Shown: piece by piece, positions 57,976 through 64,000 of the stretch | Numbering within the stretch: the stretch's first letter is position 1 | Layout of the letters: the number at the start of each line of letters is the position of its first letter | Assembly (NCBI GenBank): GCA_964252545.1 | Contig: CAXUNX010000001.1 | Location: forward strand, 18,552-82,551 | DNA from: an uncultured Acetobacteraceae bacterium | GTDB lineage: Bacteria; Pseudomonadota; Alphaproteobacteria; Acetobacterales; Acetobacteraceae | DNA length: 64,000 nt | Reading direction: 5' to 3' | Program-made: the position numbers and the translations under genes | The notes under the pieces: generated by a model | What the model was told of the DNA's origin: nothing | The model's database searches: none | What the model saw: the letters and a program-made list of their open reading frames with translations, nothing else

Positions 57976-60317
57976 GCCTCGTGCGATCCGCGCCGCAGGC
58001 CATCTCCGTCGATCCGCAAACGGCCTCCGGTGCGATTGACCTCGAGGCCTGTGGACGCGAACCGATCCACGTCCCCGGGACCATACAGCCGCATGGCCAT
58101 CTGCTTGCCTTCCAGGAACCTGGCCTGCTGCTGGCGCATGCCAGCGCCGCCGCACCTGGAGAGATACTGCCTGCCGACCTGGCGAGCGCGCTCGGCGCGC
58201 CACTCGAGCGCGTGCTCCAGGTCGAGCCGCTGGACCCGCTGCTCGACGGCCTGCGTCGCCTGCCCGAACACGGGCCGCTGCAACTCGGCGCCTGCCGCTC
58301 ACTGGCAACCGGAACCGCGTTCCAGGCGATTGCGCACCGCTCGCCGGGCGGCCTTGCGGTTCTTGAGCTCGAGGCGGCGCCCCCACCCGGCACCGCCCGG
58401 GCTGCCGCCGACACGCTCGAGGCGCTGTATCCGCTGATCCGCGACGCCTTTGACCGGCTCGGGGCCATGACCACCGTCGAGGAGATCGCGTCCATCGCGG
58501 CGCGCGAGGTGCGCCGCGTCACCGGCTTCGATCGCGCGCTGATCTACCGGTTCGAGGAGAACTGGGATGGCGTGGTGGTTGCCGAGGACAAGAACGACCG
58601 GCTGCCGTCCTACCTCGACCTGCGGTTTCCGGCCGCGGACATCCCGCCCCAGGCGCGCCGCCTTTATACCGCCAACCGGCTGCGGCTGATCGCCGATGCG
58701 AACTACACGCCTGTGCCGATCCTGCCGGAATGCCACCCCGGCACGGGGCACCCGCTCGATCTGAGCTTCGCGGCCCTGCGCAGCGTCTCGCCGGTCCACC
58801 TCGAATATATGCGCAACATGGGCACGCCGGCCTCGATGTCGGTGTCGCTGCTGCACGGCGATCGGCTGTGGGGCCTGATCTCGTGCCATCACGCCGAGCC
58901 GCGGCGGGTGCCCTTCGCGGCGCGCGCCGCCTGCGACCTGATCGGCCAGATGCTCGCGGTTCGCATCGCCGCCAAGGAGGAAGCCTCGCACGCCAGGGAG
59001 CGGGCGCGCTTGAAAGGCATCGAGGGCCGGCTGCTCGCGACCATGGCCGCCGCCCAGGGCAGGCTTGCCGAGGGCCTGGCCGGCGCTCCCGGGCAGCTTT
59101 GCGCGCTCACCGGTGCCGCAGGTGCGGCGGTGCTCACGCAGGGAGAGTGCACCCTGGTCGGGCAGACGCCGCCCGAGCCCGATGTGCGCCGCATCGCGGA
59201 CTGGCTGCAGCAGCAAGGGGTCAAGGACGTGTTCGAGACCCAGGCGCTCGCCACCGTGCTGCCCGTTACGCAGCCGGTCATGCACGTTGCGAGCGGCTTG
59301 CTGGCGATCTCGATCTCGCAGTTGCATCCGAGCTTCGTGCTCTGGTTCCGCCCCGAGATCGTGCGAACGGTGTTGTGGGGCGGCCAGCCCGGCAAGCGGG
59401 CGGAAGCCACCGCGACCGGGCCGAGCATGCTCCGTCTGAGCCCTCGGCATTCCTTCGAGGCTTGGAAGGAGACGGTGTGCGAGACCTCGGCTCCCTGGAG
59501 TGCGGCGCAGGTCGAAGCGGCGGCCGACCTGCGCTCGGCGATCGTCGGCGTGATGCTGCTCCACGCCGAGGAGCGCGCCGAGCTGACCGGGCGCCTCGAA
59601 CGCATCAACTCCGAGCTTGCAGCCTTCTCCTACTCGGTTTCCCACGACCTGCGCGCGCCGTTCCGCCATATCGTCGGCTACGCCGAGCTGCTGATGCAGC
59701 GGGAAGGCGAGCGGCTCGACGACAAGAGCCGCCGTTTCGTCGCAACCATCATCGAGTCCGCCGAGACGGCCGGGCTCCTGGTCGACGCGCTGCTGAACTT
59801 CTCGCGCATGGGCCGCATCAGCCTCACCCCGATCGAGATCGAGGTCGGCGCGCTGGTCCGCGAGGTCGTCCAGTCACTGGCGCCCGACCTCGCTGGCCGC
59901 CATATCGACTGGAGGATCGGGCCGTTGCCGCTCGTGCTCGCCGATCCGATCCTGCTGCGGCAGGTGTTCCTGAACCTGGCGTCGAACGCGGTGAAGTACA
60001 CCCGCCACCGCCCGGATGCGGAGATCACGCTGGACTGCGAAACCCGCGACGGGGAGTTCGTATTCCGCGTGCAGGACAACGGCGTGGGTTTCGACATGGC
60101 CTACGCGCACAAGCTGTTCGGTGTGTTCCAGCGACTGCACCGGGTGGAGGATTACGAGGGCGTCGGCGTCGGCTTGGCCAACGTCCGACGGATCGTCGAG
60201 CGTCATGGCGGCCGCACCTGGGCGAAGGGTGAACTCGAGCAGGGTGCGACGTTCTACTTCACGCTGCCGCGGGCCGGCTCGCTTCCGGAAAAGGGTGAGC
60301 CATGCCAGCCCCGCTGA
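57972..60317 (+). CDS. bphP: Bacteriophytochrome (PAS-GAF-PHY-HisKA-HATPase)
   Basis: ACGREPIHVPGTIQPHG (bilin Cys), FPAADIPPQAR, RSVSPVHLEYMRNM, LWGLISCHH, LSPRHSF, SHDLRAP. Confidence 0.95.
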   Translation: MSLVRSAPQAISVDPQTASGAIDLEACGREPIHVPGTIQPHGHLLAFQEPGLLLAHASAAAPGEILPADLASALGAPLERVLQVEPLDPLLDGLRRLPEHGPLQLGACRSLATGTAFQAIAHRSPGGLAVLELEAAPPPGTARAAADTLEALYPLIRDAFDRLGAMTTVEEIASIAAREVRRVTGFDRALIYRFEENWDGVVVAEDKNDRLPSYLDLRFPAADIPPQARRLYTANRLRLIADANYTPVPILPECHPGTGHPLDLSFAALRSVSPVHLEYMRNMGTPASMSVSLLHGDRLWGLISCHHAEPRRVPFAARAACDLIGQMLAVRIAAKEEASHARERARLKGIEGRLLATMAAAQGRLAEGLAGAPGQLCALTGAAGAAVLTQGECTLVGQTPPEPDVRRIADWLQQQGVKDVFETQALATVLPVTQPVMHVASGLLAISISQLHPSFVLWFRPEIVRTVLWGGQPGKRAEATATGPSMLRLSPRHSFEAWKETVCETSAPWSAAQVEAAADLRSAIVGVMLLHAEERAELTGRLERINSELAAFSYSVSHDLRAPFRHIVGYAELLMQREGERLDDKSRRFVATIIESAETAGLLVDALLNFSRMGRISLTPIEIEVGALVREVVQSLAPDLAGRHIDWRIGPLPLVLADPILLRQVFLNLASNAVKYTRHRPDAEITLDCETRDGEFVFRVQDNGVGFDMAYAHKLFGVFQRLHRVEDYEGVGVGLANVRRIVERHGGRTWAKGELEQGATFYFTLPRAGSLPEKGEPCQPR

Positions 60318-60766
60318 GGCCCATCCTGCTCGTCGAGGACAGTCCCAAGGATGTGGAGCTGACGCTGGCCGCCCTGGAAAGGAGCGGCCTTGCAAACCCG
60401 ATCATGGTGGCGCGCGACGGCGTGGAGGCGCTCGACTACCTGTTCCGGCGCGGCAACGCGGCTCCGGATGCGTCGCCGGTCCTGTTGCCGGCGGTGGTGC
60501 TGCTCGACATCAAGCTGCCGCGGGTGGACGGCCTGGAGGTGCTCGAGCACGTCAAGGCGGACCCGGCCACGCGCCACGTGCCCGTGGTCATGCTGACCTC
60601 CTCGCGCGAGGAGCAGGACGTGATCCGCAGCTACGGCCTGGGGGTCAATGCGTTCGTGGTGAAGCCGGTCGGCTACCGCGACTTCTTTGAAGCCGTGCGC
60701 GACCTCGGGGTGTTCTGGGCGATCCTCAACGAGCCTGCGCCCGATGGTGATGGCGGCTCTGCGTGA
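60302..60766 (+). CDS. Single-domain response regulator (phytochrome-associated, Rcp/BphR type)
   Basis: LLVEDS, LLDIKLP, MLTSS, VKP, and C-terminal FWAILNEP. Confidence 0.9.
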   Translation: MPAPLRPILLVEDSPKDVELTLAALERSGLANPIMVARDGVEALDYLFRRGNAAPDASPVLLPAVVLLDIKLPRVDGLEVLEHVKADPATRHVPVVMLTSSREEQDVIRSYGLGVNAFVVKPVGYRDFFEAVRDLGVFWAILNEPAPDGDGGSA

Positions 60767-63192
60767 GCGCTCACGCCTCGCTGGTTTCTCTTGCCGCCAG
60801 GATGCCGGCGCCGGAGCATTTCAGGCTCCTGCACCTGGAAGACAGCGCCGCCGACGCGGAGCTGGTGGCCGAACGGCTGCGGCTGGATGGTTTGGCGCCG
60901 GAAGTGGAGCGGGTCGAGACCCGGCGCGCCTACCTCAACGCCCTGGCCCGGGGCAGTGCGGCGTTCGACCTGATCCTGGCGGACTACTCGCTGCCCGACT
61001 TCGACGGCATCGCGGCGCTGGCGATCGCCCGCGAGCTGGTGCCCGACACGCCGTTCGTGTTCGTGTCCGGCACCCTCGGCGAGGAAACCGCCACCGAGGC
61101 CATGAGGGCGGGCGCCACCGACTACGTCATCAAGCAGCGGCTGGGGCGGCTGCCGGTGGTGGTCCGTCGCGCGCTCGCGGAAGCGGCGGAAAGAACCGAG
61201 CGGCGGGCGGCCGAGACCGCGCTCAGCGAGAGCGAGAAACGCTACCGCCTGCTGTTCACGTCGCTCGATGCCGGCTTCTGCGTCGTGGACGTGAAGTTCG
61301 ACGCCGATGTCCGGCCGGTCGATTACCGCTTCATCGAGGTCAACCCGGCCTTCGAGGCGCAGACCGGGCTGCACGACGCGGCCGGCCGGTGGATGCGCGA
61401 GCTCGCCCCCGCGCACGAGCAGCACTGGTTCGACAGGCTCGGCGGTGTTGCGCTGACCGGCGAGCCGGTGCGCTTCGAGAGCCCGGCGGGTGCGCTGGGA
61501 GGCCGCTGGTACGACGTGCACGCGTTTCGCATCGGCGAGCCGAAGGCGCGGCGGGTTGCCATCCTCTTCAACGACATCTCGGCCCGCAAGCGCGCCGAGG
61601 CGGCGCTGCGCGAGCTGAACGTCACGCTTGAAGGGCGTGTCGCCGAGCGCACGGGCGAGTTGCTGGCAAGCGAGCGGCGGTTCCGGGCGATCTTCGACTC
61701 GGCCTTCCAGTTCATGGCGCTGCTCGCGGCCGACGGAACCGTGCTCGAGGTCAACCAGACCGCCATGGCCTGGATCGGCATCACCCCGAGCGGGATCGTG
61801 CACCGCCCGTTCTGGCAGGCGGCGCCGATGCGCGACAACCCGGAGCTCCAGGACAAGGTTCGTGACGCGATCCGGCACGCGGCGCTGGGCCATGTCGTCA
61901 CGGGCGAACACGAGATGCGCGGCAGCGGCGAGACGCGCGCCGTGGTTGATTTCTCGCTCAAGCCTGTTCTCGGCGCGGACGGCAGCGTGGTCCACCTGAT
62001 CGCCGAGGGGCGCGACGTCACGGAATTCAAGCTGGCACAGGAGCAGCTCCGCCAGGCACAGAAGATGGAGGCGGTGGGCCAGCTCACGGGCGGGCTGGCG
62101 CACGACTTCAACAACCTGCTCGCCGGCATCTCGGGCAGCCTGGAGCTGCTGCAGGCCCGCCTGGCGCAAGGGCGCATCAGCGACATCGGCCGCTATCTTG
62201 TCGCCGCCCAGGATGCCTCCAAGCGCGCGGCAGCGCTCACGCACCGGCTGCTGGCCTTCTCGCGCCGGCAGACGCTCGATCCGAGGCCGATCGATGCGAA
62301 CCGCCTGGTGGCCGGCATGGAGGAGCTGATCCGTCGCACGGTGGGGCCGGCGATCCTCGTCGAGGTGGTCGCGGCGGCCGAGCTGTGGGCCACGCTGGTT
62401 GATCCGGGCCAGCTCGAGAACGCGCTGCTGAACCTGGCCATCAACGCCCGCGACGCCATGCCGGAGGGTGGCAAGATCACCATCAACACCGGCAACAAGT
62501 GGCTGGACGCGCGTGCGGCGCGCGAGCGCGATCTGGCGCCCGGCCCGTACGTGTCGCTCTGCGTCAGCGACACCGGCACCGGGATGACGCCCGACGTGAT
62601 CGCTCGCGCCTTCGACCCGTTCTTCACCACCAAGCCGATCGGCCTGGGCACCGGCCTGGGCCTCTCCATGGTGTATGGCTTCGCCCGTCAGTCCGGCGGC
62701 CATGCCTGCATCAGCTCCGAGCCCGGCCGGGGCGCCGAGGTGCGTCTCTACCTGCCCCGCCACAACGGCCAGGCCGAAGGCAGGGACGAGCCGGCAGAGA
62801 AGCTGGCATCGCCGCGCGCCAGGCAGGGCGAGACGGTGCTGGTGATCGATGACGAGCCCATCGTGCGCATGCTGGTGACGGAGGTGCTGGAGGATCTGGG
62901 CTACCGGGCGATCCAGGCGGCCGACGGCGCGGCCGGGCTGCAGGTGCTGCAGTCCGGCGGCCGCATCGACCTGCTGGTCACCGACGTGGGCCTGCCCGGA
63001 ATGAACGGGCGGCAGGTCGCTGATGCCGGCCGTATGTGGCACCCCGGCCTGAAGGTCCTGTTTATCACCGGCTACGCCGAGAACGCCGTGCTCAACCACG
63101 TCCACCTGTCGGCCGGCATGCACGTCCTGACCAAGCCGTTCGCGATGGACGTGCTGGCCAGCCGAATCAAGGAACTGATCAACGGGTCATAG
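60763..63192 (+). CDS. Hybrid histidine kinase REC-PAS-PAS-HisKA-HATPase-REC
   Basis: N-terminal LHLEDS..DYSLP, two PAS domains, AHDFNNLL, NARDAM, FFTTK..G.GTGLGL, and C-terminal receiver TDVGLP. Confidence 0.92.
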   Translation: MSAHASLVSLAARMPAPEHFRLLHLEDSAADAELVAERLRLDGLAPEVERVETRRAYLNALARGSAAFDLILADYSLPDFDGIAALAIARELVPDTPFVFVSGTLGEETATEAMRAGATDYVIKQRLGRLPVVVRRALAEAAERTERRAAETALSESEKRYRLLFTSLDAGFCVVDVKFDADVRPVDYRFIEVNPAFEAQTGLHDAAGRWMRELAPAHEQHWFDRLGGVALTGEPVRFESPAGALGGRWYDVHAFRIGEPKARRVAILFNDISARKRAEAALRELNVTLEGRVAERTGELLASERRFRAIFDSAFQFMALLAADGTVLEVNQTAMAWIGITPSGIVHRPFWQAAPMRDNPELQDKVRDAIRHAALGHVVTGEHEMRGSGETRAVVDFSLKPVLGADGSVVHLIAEGRDVTEFKLAQEQLRQAQKMEAVGQLTGGLAHDFNNLLAGISGSLELLQARLAQGRISDIGRYLVAAQDASKRAAALTHRLLAFSRRQTLDPRPIDANRLVAGMEELIRRTVGPAILVEVVAAAELWATLVDPGQLENALLNLAINARDAMPEGGKITINTGNKWLDARAARERDLAPGPYVSLCVSDTGTGMTPDVIARAFDPFFTTKPIGLGTGLGLSMVYGFARQSGGHACISSEPGRGAEVRLYLPRHNGQAEGRDEPAEKLASPRARQGETVLVIDDEPIVRMLVTEVLEDLGYRAIQAADGAAGLQVLQSGGRIDLLVTDVGLPGMNGRQVADAGRMWHPGLKVLFITGYAENAVLNHVHLSAGMHVLTKPFAMDVLASRIKELINGS

Positions 63193-63269
63193 ATGTTCAC
63201 GGGTGCGGCATGGTTCCAGCCGTTCCGGTGATCCTGGCGAGCTGTCGGCAGGTCTCCTATGATCAAGCC

Positions 63270-64000
63270 ATGAGCACCATGCGCAGTGTCATCCTGGCCG
63301 TCCCTCGGATCCGCCGCCTGTATGACTCACGCAACATGTTGATTGAAGAGCGCAACCAGCTCCGTGCCAGGCTGGCGCAGCGCGAACGGCAGCTGCTCGG
63401 CGCGCGCAACGCCCGCACCACGCAATCCGGCCGGGATACGGCAACCCCGCCACTGAGCTCACCATCCCCGGCAAGTAGTCCGTTTGATCACTACAACCAT
63501 GCGTTCGACCCTCTGGAGGTGATCGCCCGGCATGCCGTATCAGGCCTGCAGCCATCGCCAACGCACCTGACCAACTTCCTTGGCGTACGCATCGATCCAA
63601 AGTTTCTGCCCGCCGTGTTGGCCGGGCGCGCTGGTGAGATAGAAGACCTGCCGGTTCCAGCCAACTGGCATGCCGACATCGCCGAGTGGGGTGCAGCGCT
63701 CCGTGCGGTGGATCTGGCGCGACACAGCTTCACGATGATCGAGCTTGGCTGCGGCTGGGGCTGCTGGATGAACAACACGGGTGTTGCCGCGCGCAATGCC
63801 GGCCTTGCGGTGCAACTGATCGGTGTGGAAGGCGACCCGGGCCATATCCGGTTTGCCCGGGAGGCTCTTGCCGAGAATGGCTTCTCCCCGCAGCAGATCA
63901 ACCTCCAGCACGGCATCGCGGCCTCCAAGGCGGGCTTTGCCCTGTTCCCGCGCCAGCACAGTTCGGGCCAGGACTGGGGTTTGGCGCCGGTGCTCAAAGC
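63270..64000 (+). CDS. Class I SAM-dependent (FkbM-like) methyltransferase, runs off the window
   Basis: Manually translated open frame, absent from the ORF track: MSTMRSVILAVPRIRRLYDSRN...TNFLGVRIDP...FTMIELGCGWGCW...LIGVEGDPGH. Confidence 0.7.
   Translation, partial: MSTMRSVILAVPRIRRLYDSRNMLIEERNQLRARLAQRERQLLGARNARTTQSGRDTATPPLSSPSPASSPFDHYNHAFDPLEVIARHAVSGLQPSPTHLTNFLGVRIDPKFLPAVLAGRAGEIEDLPVPANWHADIAEWGAALRAVDLARHSFTMIELGCGWGCWMNNTGVAARNAGLAVQLIGVEGDPGHIRFAREALAENGFSPQQINLQHGIAASKAGFALFPRQHSSGQDWGLAPVLK

Noticed and set aside
1-64000. CRISPR arrays, tRNA/rRNA, intact IS/integrase, defence systems
   Set aside because: None was recognised by reading. Covariance-model searches could not be run, so small ncRNAs or riboswitches cannot be excluded.

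Overview
A GC-rich bacterial window, most likely alphaproteobacterial. The OprB-type porin and the TonB-dependent receptor suggest Acetobacteraceae, which is an inference. It is almost entirely accessory catabolism and signalling, with no rRNA, tRNA, CRISPR array or intact mobile element recognised. Five blocks are visible. (1) ~1-10 kb: a visibly less GC-rich aromatic-degradation block (two alpha/beta hydrolases, OprB porin, 6-methylsalicylate-decarboxylase-like amidohydrolase, MFS, extradiol dioxygenase, GntR/FCD) bounded by gene fragments. (2) ~11-24.5 kb: a hydroxyproline-glycopeptide utilisation locus (Tat-exported GH146/GH127 beta-L-arabinofuranosidase, aminopeptidase P, S9 peptidase, APC and POT transporters, Hyp epimerase, DadA-like dehydrogenase, DHDPS-family deaminase, GntR). 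(3) ~25-39 kb: an uncharacterised regulon in which a YtrA-like GntR and a creatininase-family enzyme are divergent from a peptide ABC importer, M32 carboxypeptidase, isoaspartyl peptidase, PanE-like reductase, SDR, M14 deacylase and APC permease; it is followed by a TonB receptor and pepN. (4) ~45-57 kb: redox and detoxification genes (sulfite-oxidase family, AKR, YciI plus tandem GSTs with AraC, NmrA/LysR, SDR/TetR) and a deletion scar. (5) ~57-63 kb: a bphO-bphP-bphR-hybrid kinase light-sensing operon, then a partial SAM methyltransferase. The best candidates for an undescribed system are block 3 and the wider 11-45 kb peptide/glycopeptide utilisation locus.
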